A DNA stretch of 64,000 bases from Balanoglossus misakiensis (GCA_040954595.2 CM082597.2:6223749-6287748), one strand, 5' to 3'; numbered from the stretch's first letter, positions 36,804 to 47,540 are shown. The notes: generated from the letters alone by a model not told the origin. A program made the numbers and translations.

Positions 36804-39712
36804 ATGGATTTGAGATTGTTTGTTTTGTTCGTCTGCGCTATGTGCGTGCAAGCACAAGACCATGGTATTGGGGTAAGTAACCATACATCACGAGTATAAA
36901 GAAACTTTGTTGCGGTTTGTGTTTACGGTGTTTAGACTGTCACACCAGAAAGTAAAGTATTCCTACAAATCTTAAAGGCACATGAGCTGCAACTGGATAA
37001 AGAAAAGTTTTGAATCATCCTCTGTATGCCTTTAATTATGTCTATAAAATGATATTTCATGATAGTATATCAAGATCAACACTTATTTATGACAAAATGG
37101 CCAAAAATTACAGAAACTCGAAAATTCCTGCAATATTGCAATGAAAAATGAAAATGTAATATCTCAGTGGAGTACATTTAATTCCATAAGTTCTCGTGGA
37201 TGAGACCATGCTTTTTTTTTTTCTTTTTTTTTCTCTTTTATTAAAAATCCTTACGTAATAAATGCAAAAGAGATAGAAAAATACAATCAAATCAAATTAT
37301 AAACTTTTTCAAATATATCCATTATGTTGGCTCTGCAATATATTTTTTTCTCTATGTTATATCTTAACTTAAATTCGTTCTTAAATACAACTTCAATTGG
37401 TGTGTTCGTGTGACATATCCAATACTTATGAATGCTCCATTTACCCAGCAAAATCAAAAATTGTAGTACAAGGTTATAGTCTTTTGGGATGGTGTTGTCA
37501 AAAGAGTCAGCGAAAATTATATTAAGAGGAGTCACTCGTAGTGTTCTCCCTGTAATATTACAGATAATGTTGTTGACCTTTGTCCAGCACCTTTCAGCAA
37601 TTTTACAATCTAAAAATCTATGTTCCAAGGAATCTTCTTGAGGACAAACAGGACAGTACATATAGTCTTTCAGCTTCCAAAAATACAAATATTTGTTGCA
37701 CGGAAGTAAACGGTTTAAAAGTTTCCATTGAAAAGCTCTAAGTTTTATCTCGTAAGTAATGGTGTACACACGTTTCCAAATGTTACGACTTACCACATCA
37801 ATATCCCTAGGTGTAACTTGAAGATTGTGAAACCATTTTTCAAGACCATGCTTTGTTTATGAAATTTCATACCCAAAAATACAATGTCTTCATTTTCCCA
37901 CGGTGGCGGCTATATTCCTTTGCGGCAAAGCTTTATTGTGTATCTGGTTAAAACTTGCATATGCACTCATATTTGGGGTTTATAATGCTTGTGTATAGTT
38001 CAGTGCCTTCATCTGCGTGGTCTAATGGTTGTACAGTTTGGAAGAAAATTATGAAAAATTATCCCAAAAGTTGCAACGTATGTGCCTTTAACAATACACA
38101 TGCGTTCCTGCCATTTTTAAGGAGAAAGCATATAAGTTAACATGCATTTTCCACTTTCAGGGAATTAACCGCCGTTCACCAAGGTTCGGGGTAAGCATGT
38201 TCACTCTTTTGTTTTAATTTTATTCTAAACTTTTTCACCACCATCATGGTTCTACCCGGCCTAAAGGGACCAAGTCTCTCTCTCGCTGCCCTTTTCCATT
38301 AATTATGTTTGATACAAGACACTGTTTGTGTTATTCTACACGTCAATATATTGTGAGTCAATGTTCAACCACACACGACTTTCATCCTACTTGTAGACGC
38401 GAAAGTGAAAAACTCGCCAAAATGAATAATCGGTGTTTACCATTTATTCATTTTGGTGAGATTTTTACTCTCATATCCTACAAACAGGATGGAAGTTGTG
38501 TGTTGTTGAATGTTGATTCATATCCACATGTAGAATAATACAAATGCTGTCTGGTATGCGAGAGAGAAACATTGTTCCTTTAACAAAAATTTACTTTTCG
38601 TAGCGTTCCCGTCAATTTAATGTAAAAAAAACATATCAGTCGACGACAACATGTATTTTCCCCTTTCAGGGTATTAACCGCCGTTCACCAGTTTTCGGGG
38701 TGAGAATAAGTCCTCACTTTGTTTTTAATTTTAAAGGGACAAAGTCTCTCTCTCGCAGCCATTTTTTTCATTAATTATGTTTGATACAAGACACCGTTTA
38801 TGTTATTCTACATGTGGATATATAGTGAATAAACGTTCGACCACAAACAACTTCCATCCCGTTTGTAGGATATGAGAGTAAAAATCTCGCCAAAATAAAT
38901 AAATGGTAAACACATAGATTATTCATTTTTGTGAGTTGTTCACTCTTGTGTATACAAGCGGGATGGAAGGTGTGTGTGGTTGAACATTGATTCACTATAT
39001 ATCCACACGTTCATTAACATAAAACGGTGTCCGGTACCTTTAGGCTTACTTGAGTGCTTCTACGAGTGAGGCACCACAGCTTTTAACATGAAAGCTCGTT
39101 ATATATTGGGGATTCAGAAAGAAAACGAGTTTATTTAAAAAGTGTTATGAGAGATATAGAGATATAAAAACATGGATCATGTCAGTTACTCAAAACATGT
39201 GTGTTCCGACTCACATCATTTAAATGTGGCTAAGCTAATCAAATTACGCGTACCTTGGGAATTAGGGGAGTTACTTGCTACCAGGGCAGGGTTTGGCCAA
39301 TTCTGGAAAATTGGTACCAAATATTTTTCTATATGTTTCTTAAACCTAGTAATTTGTTTATTTTGAATGAACGTTGGATCTGTTTGATGCCATATTATGA
39401 TCGATAATTAAAATGTGTTTCTTTACTTTCTTTGGATATCTTACTAGACCGGGCATGCCCTAGCAGGTTAGTGAACATCTATGTCATTACGTTTGATATT
39501 TAGTGGATAGGTTTTTACACACACATACATACATACATACATACATACATACATACATACATACATACATACATACATACATACATACATACATACATAC
39601 ATACATACATACATACATACATACATACATACATACATACATACATACATACATACATACATACATACATACATACATACATACATACATACATACATAC
39701 ATACATACACAC

Positions 39713-39765
<53 letters not shown>

Positions 39766-41108
39766 TACATACATACATACATACAATTTCTCAACAACAA
39801 TCAAAATGTCCCTTTGAACATAGACTTAACTCTCACTTATTTCTGTCACTTCACATGAAGATTCACCGTACGTGTTGATGGCGACTGTATGTGTATGGTC
39901 TATGAAGTTTACTGCCAGCAACCTGATGACAACCGTCCCTATTTCCACGGTGCCGAAAACCATTGCACGGAGGTGTCTGTGAGCCCACATGGACCCAAAG
40001 GCCGGCTGGCCATTCTCAGAAACAGCACCATCGACTCCATGGTGCGCGACTTCATCAAGACGAACAACTTCCACCAACCGCCCTGCATCACTAGACATGG
40101 ATTCTGGATTGGTTTGCTTGACCATCTGGAAGAGGGGAAATTTGTCTGGAGCGATGGGGGCGCACTCTGTCAAGACGACTTCAGGAACTGGGCTCCCGGT
40201 GAACCCAACAACAACGTCAACAAGGACCCGAACGGACAAGGTTGCGTTCAGTTATGGTAAGAAGTTCATTACAGTCGAAGGAATCAGATATGTTTGTCGT
40301 ACAAAACGTGGTCTCGCTGTTTTGTCTTTAAAGCCCCTACAGCTGCCCAATTTCACATTATTTATACAGTTAAATACTTCAAATATATTCCCTATCCTCT
40401 AAAATCCTCACCATTAAGCCATATTACTTGCATTTGCATCAGTTTGTCATCTCTTGGTGACGCATACCATGATAGCTGCGTACTGTCTGTATGGAGGCTG
40501 ATTAAATCGGTGCGGCACCGTTTAAATACATAGCGTGTTGGAATTGCAACATCAATCACAATCGAGCATCGATAAGATGTTCATGTATACATATCAGTAA
40601 GCTTATTTAGATAGACCAATTTAAGTTGGAAAATAAAATCACGAAATAATGCAAAAATTAAAGTGGCTGCTCTAGAGGCTTTAAATACGATCATTGTTCT
40701 CATAAAAGAATATTCTCACAACATCTGTCCTGGTCGAACGATTTCTACAAATACATTGTAGCCTACATGTACACAGCTACCAATATGCTAACTGTTGATA
40801 TCTTACAGGTATCGATTTGGACACGATGGTTTATGGGATGACGAATACTGTGACGTCAAACCAAAGGGTTTCGTTTGTGAAATTCCAGGTACGAGATGAA
40901 TATAGTAATCGAAAATACACATAGTAGGAAATTATTTTCAATTTGTGATATTTTCGTTACATTAAGGTGCGAAAGAATGGAGACCACATAATGAACAGAA
41001 GTTGCATGATTTTAAAATTTATGAGTTTTCACTGAGTCAATTTTGTTTTTATTTTTTGTCTTTCCAGATCCGTACTGCTTCAGTCTTCAAACCAGTGCCA
41101 GTGGCTGA
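36804..41108 (+). CDS. Secreted C-type lectin (EPN motif, mannose/GlcNAc-type). Exons 36804-36872, 38161-38190, 38670-38699, 39448-39466, 39861-40256, 40809-40888, 41068-41108; N-terminal joining not fully resolved
   Basis: Signal peptide MDLRLFVLFVCAMCVQA. CTLD motifs AENHC..GRLA, FWIGL.D...EGKFVWSDG, NWAPGEPNN, CVQLW, WDDEYC...GFVCE. Splice phases are consistent from 39448 onward. TGA at 41106-41108 and AATAAA at 41289. Confidence 0.88.
36976..38087. mobile_element. TTAA-flanked non-autonomous DNA transposon (Kolobok-like AGG...CCT termini) in lectin intron 1
   Basis: TTAA|AGGCACATGAGCTGCAACT ... AGTTGCAACGTATGTGCCT|TTAA. Confidence 0.8.
37215..37842 (-). mobile_element. 5'-truncated L1/Tx1-type LINE (zf-RVT-like C-terminus) with polyA tail and 12-bp TSD
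   Basis: ORF KLRAFQWKLLNRLLPCNKYL...CPVCPQEDSLEHRFLDC...W. T-rich tract and tttatt at 37212-37242. TSD AGACCATGCTTT at 37203-37214 and 37843-37854. Confidence 0.92.
38265..38579. mobile_element. Internally palindromic TTAA-type MITE (AGGGAC(A/C)AAGTCTCTC end); copies at 38735-39039 and ~53077-53374
   Basis: All copies share long inverted arms (gttcaaccacacac...catcc / ggatggaa...gtgtg..ttgaa). Confidence 0.8.
38735..39039. mobile_element. Second copy of the palindromic TTAA-type MITE, located after the duplicated lectin microexon
   Basis: TTAA|agggacaaagtctctctctcgc..., homologous to 38265-38579. Confidence 0.8.
39517..39785 (+). repeat. (TACA)n/(CA)n microsatellite in a lectin intron
   Basis: Direct inspection. 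Confidence 0.97.
40332..40680. mobile_element. TTAA-flanked non-autonomous element (Kolobok-like) in a lectin intron
   Basis: TTAA|AGCCCCTACAGCTGCC ... GGCTGCTCTAGAGGCT|TTAA (13/16 inverted match). Confidence 0.65.
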
Positions 41109-41288
41109 ATGTGAACATGATTTAGCCCGCACCAAAGAAATGACATGACCGTGATTATGTTATGCTTTTAGAAAGATAAATTCATTCTCGATCTGGTCCT
41201 TTTCATCAAATGAGCTCATGTGTGCATGGTTGCCTGTAGTTACACAATTTAATAGTCTTTCGCTGTTTACTTAGTAGAGATGCATAAC

Positions 41289-41294
41289 AATAAA
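41289..41294 (+). terminator. Polyadenylation signal (AATAAA) of the lectin gene
   Basis: About 180 bp after the stop, followed by a T/GT-rich tract. Confidence 0.6.
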
Positions 41295-41627
41295 ATAAAT
41301 CATAATCAACCCAATTGTTTACTCTTTATTTTGTGTATTTTAGCTAAGAATTTGACACGCATGTTCTGATTTGCGGTTGTCTAGTGCGCATGCGTCATTC
41401 TCAGGCTTTGTCATAGTAACCTTTACTCCGTGAACTTGACAATATGGCCCCATAACCACAAAGCATTGATTTTTCAACACATAGCCAGGGAGATTTATCA
41501 AGCAACATGGATGAAATCTAGTTTTATATTAGCAAGGACGACAAGAGTGTTGCCCTTATAAAAATTCAGAATTGTTTGTGAGAGAGAGGGAGGCCACGGT
41601 TTCGACACGGATTACTAGAACAGGGAC

Positions 41628-41708
41628 AAGTCTCGGTTACCCAGACCCCTCTGCTTCTTCCGTTTGGGCACTCCAGAAGAAGCAGAGGAGTCTGGGTAAC
41701 CGAGACTA
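41628..41708. mobile_element. 81-bp hairpin member of the TAGTCTCGGTTACCCAGAC family
   Basis: Arms aagtctcggttacccagacccctctgcttcttc / gaagaagcagaggagtctgggtaaccgagacta. Degenerate 10-bp TSD gaacagggac / gaacagcgcc. A lone right end also ends at 6984. Confidence 0.85.
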
Positions 41709-42130
41709 GAACAGCGCCAAGCAGTGTGGGCAAGTAAAAATACTGAAGCGAAGCTATTCAGCCTCTTTCGCAAATTACAATATTAACCGCAATAGTACTG
41801 TGAACGGAAGCCTAGAGGAACAGAAACATCAAGTAGCGTTCATGATAATGTTATGCTTTTATTGAGAAACGTTGAAATGGGCAGGTTTAAAAAAATAAGG
41901 AAACCCCAAAAAGGCCAATATTTCATCGTGGTAAACGATGGGTAAGTTGTTAGAGGCGTCTTTCGCAGACAAGCAAGGTGACCTCGTATCGCTCGTTTTA
42001 CCTTGTCCGTGATATGTATGTTGATGACATACGCAGTTTGCAGGCTTGTTTATAAAACGTGATTTACGACGGTGATGTCTGTACATTTTCACTACATGTA
42101 CTGTTTTATAAAGTCTGCGGAAGAGGCTTA

Positions 42131-42140
42131 GTCACGTGAC
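42131..42140. promoter_or_regulatory. Palindromic E-box/CLEAR motif GTCACGTGAC in the probable LRR-caspase promoter or first-exon region
   Basis: Exact 10-bp palindrome. Donor-like gtaagt (~42169) and gtatgt (~42248) follow, suggesting a non-coding first exon. Confidence 0.4.
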
Positions 42141-43790
42141 TGTGGTTTGCACTACATCCTTCCTGCTTGTAAGTTGAACGATGGAGATTTTCACCTTGTA
42201 GCGAATTGTTCATCAAATGTTCTGAAGTCACCCGATATATCGGACCGGTATGTAGCTTTAGCTTTCTAAGGCAAGTGCTCTTTGAATTAATTTTCGTGTT
42301 TGTTGGTCAGAATCATGTACACAGCCGAGACTCGAAATGTCGTGTACGACTAGACAGTGTAGACAAATATGGCGACTGTAATGAGTAAACAACATCATAG
42401 CATGCTTTGGAAATGAAATGAAATGAAATGAAATGGTGGTGGTTTTTGCCGAAATTGCAATCGTTGCCAACACTTATTAAGCAGCTACAGCCAATGACCA
42501 CCCGATATAGTTTAGAATGTAATAGTTAATGTGCTTTTCTGAACAAAAAACATGACAATGTTCAAGAAATATAAATCACGCCTTCTGTAAACGCCCACTC
42601 AAAAACACCAAACGCCAACGTTCCTGTTTCCATGTCACCTGTAGTTACACCACAGGGAACATAAAACATGATATAGGTATATTGTTGTTGGTGTTGATGT
42701 TTACGTGCTTTTGTTAATGTTGTTGGAAAATAAAATAGGTGCATTGTTAGATCCCCTTTGGTTATGTATATATGTACCATGGGACCTTATGGAATCGGTT
42801 GCGTATGTCTGTAATAATAATTTGTTTGTTTATATTGTTGTTGTTGTTCAACTTGTTGGCTAATAAAATTGAATCCATAAGTTGTCGGTGTTGTAATTTG
42901 TAAATAATATCAAAAGAACAACAATTACTGGGGCCCGCTCTAAAACTAGGGTTAGGGTTTTCTGGTACATCCATGGTTGGGACCCAGTGTTTTTCATAGT
43001 TGTGGAGCCCTAGTAATTATGTCGTTCTTTTTCTCTTATTCACAACGCCAACAAGGTAAAGGAATCAATGTTTTTATCAAACAGCAAAATCATGTCAACA
43101 ACAACAACAACAACAACAAAACATACCAATATCATATAACTCTGACATTCTTGCATGGCTCGAAATTAACTAGCCTGTCACATGCCAACTGACTACTAAC
43201 TTTGCAAAATGGTAGTCACCACAACTTCCACAGTTTGTGTTCATCGGGAGACCAAGATGTTTTTCGTATGGAACTTGAAATTTAGTTGTGTGTGTTTTTC
43301 CAGATATGCAGCAAACCTAGTACAAAGACTGACAGAAAATGTGCTTTTCACGTGCAACAGGAAATACTGGTACATGTGCTTGTATCATGGTATAGTACAC
43401 GTACTCAGTTATTTCCTGTTGTTTGGCCAACAATTGACCTCATAACCTTTTGGCAACATGGAACTTGATTCAAAATGACAGTGGCCTCAGGGAAAAGGTT
43501 TATTGTAGTGGTTGTCAGTCATGAATTTTGAAATACAGCATTGTTTTACAAAAGGAAATAATTATAGACATTATTGTCAGACGGTCACTGATAAAAGAGT
43601 AGAGGTCAGTTTAGTTCCAGGAATGAGTGACTGTATGTCGTGCGCTTTCTACCTGTGGTATTTCTGAAATATTATCTTCCTAGTTGATGTGAATTCCACT
43701 ATTGTGCATGCCCTCTCAATAGCCAGTCCTAACAGCACAGTAACCAAACTAGAGCCATGGGGTATACAGAATATTGTATCTTTCTCCCCA

Positions 43791-43791
<1 letters not shown>

Positions 43792-43828
<37 letters not shown>
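43792..43828 (+). repeat. Poly-G tract (37 nt)
   Basis: Direct inspection. Confidence 0.9.
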
Positions 43829-43829
<1 letters not shown>

Positions 43830-44389
43830 ACACGTAAGGGTCAATTAACTTTTAACAATTAATTTTTATGTTTTTTTTTAGGTCCCTTTGGTGTATCATT
43901 ATGTATACCAGTGGGACCTTATGGGATTGGTTGCATCTGTATGTATGTATGTAGGTCTGTCCACATCAAACACTCGAAAACTGTTGCGCATATTACCTCA
44001 ATATTTTTTTGTTTTTCAGATGTTTGTGGCTGTCGAGTTCACCGGATAATCACACTGCAGTAGAGGGAACTTGTCGCAGAAGATAGTGTTTCAAAGGTGT
44101 TGCAGGGAGCAGTCAACAAACGGAAAACAGGACATTGGAAATTCGATCTCTCTGATTATAATTAATTGTAATGACTGACTGATACAGAAGGTTATGGACA
44201 TTACATGCACAGAAACGGAGAAACTAAATTCGATGTCAGAAAGGAGATTTATTTCATCATGTATAAGTGTGTGACATTGAGGTTCATTTATTTGCTATCT
44301 GATCAATAGGCACTTCACAAAGTGTAAATTGCAAAATAGCTGTTCCAGTTTAAATTTTCTTTGACAAGGTTAGGACAAAATAGTACAGC

Positions 44390-46633
44390 ATGTCGACTCC
44401 CATTGAGTTTCTCAATTCAGATTTGATATTAGTGCCTTCGGAAATCTGCAAGAGGAAAGATGCCAAACAGATATGGCTATGGCATAATAGACTCACATAC
44501 CTGCCAGATAAATTCAGCAAATTGAAAAGGTTGAAAGAAGTGTATTTGAACGGCAACCAGTTTTCAACGTTTCCGACAGTGCTATGTGGTCTCCACTCGC
44601 TGAAGATTTTAGACTTGTCCAGCAATAACTTGAGCAGTCTCCCGTCGGACATGCATCTGTCGAATCTAAGCAAGCTTGTTCTGGTCAGTAACCAGTTCCA
44701 GAGATTTCCGGAAGAAGTTGTGGAAATGAAAGCATTGGAGGAACTGTACTTGGGTTGGAATAAGCTGAGCGCTCTTCCGGCTTGTGTGTCCCGGATGAAA
44801 AAGCTGTCAGTCCTTCGAGTCAACAACAACGAGATTGTTGTCATCCCAGAAGAGGTTTGTCAATTAGAGAGTTTACGGGAGTTCAACGTTTCGGACAACC
44901 AAGTCGTCAGTATAAACACGGTGATGCAGTCCCTGCTCGAGTCCTTGCCTGCCTTCTGTTACTCCGGCAACCCCTGTCATCACACTGATGCACCGGTTGC
45001 TAGGAGAAGAAGTGACATCATCGTCCTGAGACCGGTGACTCCTCCTCCTCCTCCTCCTCCTTCGACGGTTTCCATGGTGACAAGTCCTGACAATGACGAC
45101 ATGTATGACTGCTACAAGATGGACACAGACCCGGTGGGCATCGCAGTTATCATCAACAATGTGGAGTTCAGGAGGAATCATAATGATCCAAGAAGTAGAC
45201 AGTTACCAGACAGACCTGGCAGTGAAGTAGATGCAGGTATATATACATGTAAATCTCTCGACACCACAGTCAACTTGTCCTCATTTTTAGAGAATTTTTG
45301 TAATTTACAAAATAAAGAAAGCTTAACCATGGTAAATATGGAGAAAAGTTTTCATTAGTAGCATCTTACATTATTAGTGAATTTACATATCTAGGTAAAT
45401 TTAATAGGTAAAATAACATACTAGCTAAAAAGACATGTTTTATTGTAACACACGTCATCCACAGACTATGTTCTCATTCGTCAATTGCTAGTCACGTGGT
45501 ATGCGTTCTTTCTGTGCTTTTGCCTGCGAGGCATCAGTTCCCAAAAATGATGCCCGCTCACTTTGTGTATGGTGAGTTCTTATGCATAGCTGTGGATCAG
45601 GTGTGTTACAAAACACATATTGGCTGGCCTTTTCGGCAACAGCATACGTCTTTCACCCCTTGGGACTGTGAGTCACCCCTCAAAACAGACTTTCATTCAG
45701 CCTCGGGAAACAGTCTGTTTTGGGGGGTGACTTCCAATCCCTTTGGTTACAGATGTATGCTGTTGTCCTCATAGCCAGTCAATATGTGTATACAGCATCA
45801 CAGTAACTCAGAAATGTGATGAATGCTTTTGTTTTTATTTTATTTCAGGGAGGCTGAGAGATGTGTTCCAGAAATTGAAGTTCAATGTGCTACCTTATCA
45901 AAATCTGCGTGCCCACGAAATGGTTGATGTGTTGAAGTCAATCAGTAAACTTAGCCACTGTGAGTGGTCGTGTTTGGTCGTGTGTGTGCTGTCACACGGC
46001 CGGCAGGGAGAGATTGCTGGTATTGATGGCCTGACGGTCACCATCAAGGATTTGGCGCGGCCCTTCACGGCGACGAACTGCCCGGGTCTGATCCGCAAAC
46101 CCAAACTGTTCTTCATCCAGGCGTGTCAGGGAGAGAGTAAGCATCCCTGCGCTGCCGTTCCGCCCCCGTCCCGGGTGTTTTCCGGCGGCGGCGGCGGCGG
46201 GGGACATTCCGTGGGGGTCCGAGACGCCTTGCCGTCGGAAGGGGTGTCTATTCCGGAGTCCGGGCGCTCCGGGTCCGGACGTGCGACGAACGAGACGGAG
46301 CGATCCCGGGCGTCGTCGATGGAGAGCCGGAATTTCGGCGGCGACGACGTCCCGGTGATGACGGTTCCGGACGAGGCCGACTTCCTCTACGGGCTCTGCA
46401 CCGTCCCCGGATACGAGGCGTACCGCCACCCGGAGCCCAGCCGGGGGTCCTGGTACATCAGCGTCTTGGTGGACGTCTTGGAGAAGTGCGCCACCACCAA
46501 GCACCTGCTGGACATCCTGACCGAGGTCAACAAGGACGTGGCGAAGGAGGGGAACCCGGACTACAAACAGATGCCCGCGGCTAATTCTTCGCTCACCAAG
46601 AAAGTGCTCTTCAGGCAGTTTGTGGAAAAATAG
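44390..46633 (+). CDS. LRR-caspase: ~8 N-terminal leucine-rich repeats + poly-Pro linker + caspase-8-like p20/p10 protease; join(44390-45236, 45849-46633), ~543 aa
   Basis: LRRs of LxxLxLxxNxLxxLP type (e.g. LKILDLSSNNLSSLP, LEELYLGWNKLSALP) ending in a GNP cap. Caspase motifs GIAVIINN, RPGSEVD, VLSHG, FTATNCPGLIRKPKLFFIQACQG, ADFL, GSWYI, KQMP, SSLTKKV. The phase-1 intron gtatat...tttcag joins the frames. In-frame TAG at 44381 upstream of the ATG. Confidence 0.93.
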
Positions 46634-47540
46634 AACTGTCAGTCCACAAAATCATCCAGCTGTAGGCAAAGACTTTGACAATGTGATTTCAGTATAAAAT
46701 CAGGGACAGTTTTGTTCAACATGTAATCACTTACAAATGCCTGCTGTCAATTCTTCACTGACCAAGAAAGTACTTTTTGTGGAAAAATAGAACTGACAGT
46801 CCACAAAATCATCCAGCTGTGAGCAAAAACTGCCAACTGTGAAAATGTGATTTCAATGTAAAATCAAAGGACAGTTTTGTTCAACATGTAATCACTTACA
46901 AATGCCTGCTGTCAATTCTTCACTGACCAAGAAAGTACTTTTTGTGGAAAAATAGAACTGACAGTCCACAAAATCATCCAGCTGTGAGCAAAAACTGCCA
47001 ACTGTGAAAATGTGATTTCAATGTAAAATCAAAGGACAGTTTTGTTCAACATGTAATCACTTACAAATGCCTGCTGTCAATTCTTCGCTGACCAAGAAAG
47101 TACTTTTTGTGGAAAAATAGAACTGACAGTCCACAAAATCATCCAGCTGTGAGCAAAAACTGCCAACTGTGAAAATGTGATTTCAATGTAAAATCAAAGG
47201 ACAGTTTTGTTCAACATGTAATCACTTACAAATGCCTGCTGTCAATTCTTCGCTGACCAAGAAAGTACTTTTTGTGGAAAAATAGAACTGTCAGTCCACA
47301 AAATCATCCAGCTGTAGGCAAAGACTTTGACAATGTGATTTCAGTATAAAATCAGGGACAGTTTTGTTCAACATGTAATCACTTACAAATGCCTGCTGTC
47401 AATTCTTCACTGACCAAGAAAGTACTTTTTGTGGAAAAATAGAACTGACAGTCCACAAAATCATCCAGCTGTGAGCAAAAAATTGCCAACTGTGAAAATG
47501 CGATTTCAATGTAAAATCAAAGGACAGTTTTGTTCAACAT
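46564..47540 (+). repeat. Tandem array (157/165-bp units, about 6 including the gene's own end) made of the caspase's last ~20 codons plus proximal 3' UTR
   Basis: Marker ttacaaatgcc at 46731, 46896, 47061, 47226 and 47383. Each unit encodes QMPAVNSSLTKKVLFVEK*. Confidence 0.95.

Noticed and set aside
38161-38190. RR-SPRF-G read as an RFamide neuropeptide precursor
   Set aside because: The Gly is followed by GIN rather than a basic cleavage site, and the second copy is SPVFG.
39468-39817. Four overlapping ORFs (MYVC.../HTYI...)
   Set aside because: These are translations of a (TACA)n microsatellite. The same applies to ORFs at 15543, 18922-19307, 21303, 24965-25290, 27296-27737 and 35494.
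43878-44110. DINE-1/Helentron-like head (aggtccc...gggacct + TGTA repeats; similar sequence at ~42750)
   Set aside because: The 3' sub-terminal repeat and hairpin could not be located, so the element could not be delimited.
45743-45848. Cys-rich N-terminal extension of the 296-aa ORF, and the 45237-45358 tail of the 322-aa ORF
   Set aside because: Both are intronic. Splicing 45236 to 45849 restores the continuous caspase motif GSEVDAGRLRDVF.
44350-46504. Antisense and alternate-frame ORFs over the LRR-caspase (164, 102 and 170 aa)
   Set aside because: Shadow ORFs caused by codon bias and high GC, with no domain features.
46705-46790. Repeat units as alternative C-terminal exons (ggacag|FCSTCNHLQMPAV...)
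   Set aside because: There is no polypyrimidine tract before the AG and no matching donor in exon 2.
46564-47540. Regularly spaced repeats next to a defence-type gene, considered as a CRISPR-like array
   Set aside because: Whole units repeat with no unique spacers, there are no cas genes, and the context is eukaryotic.
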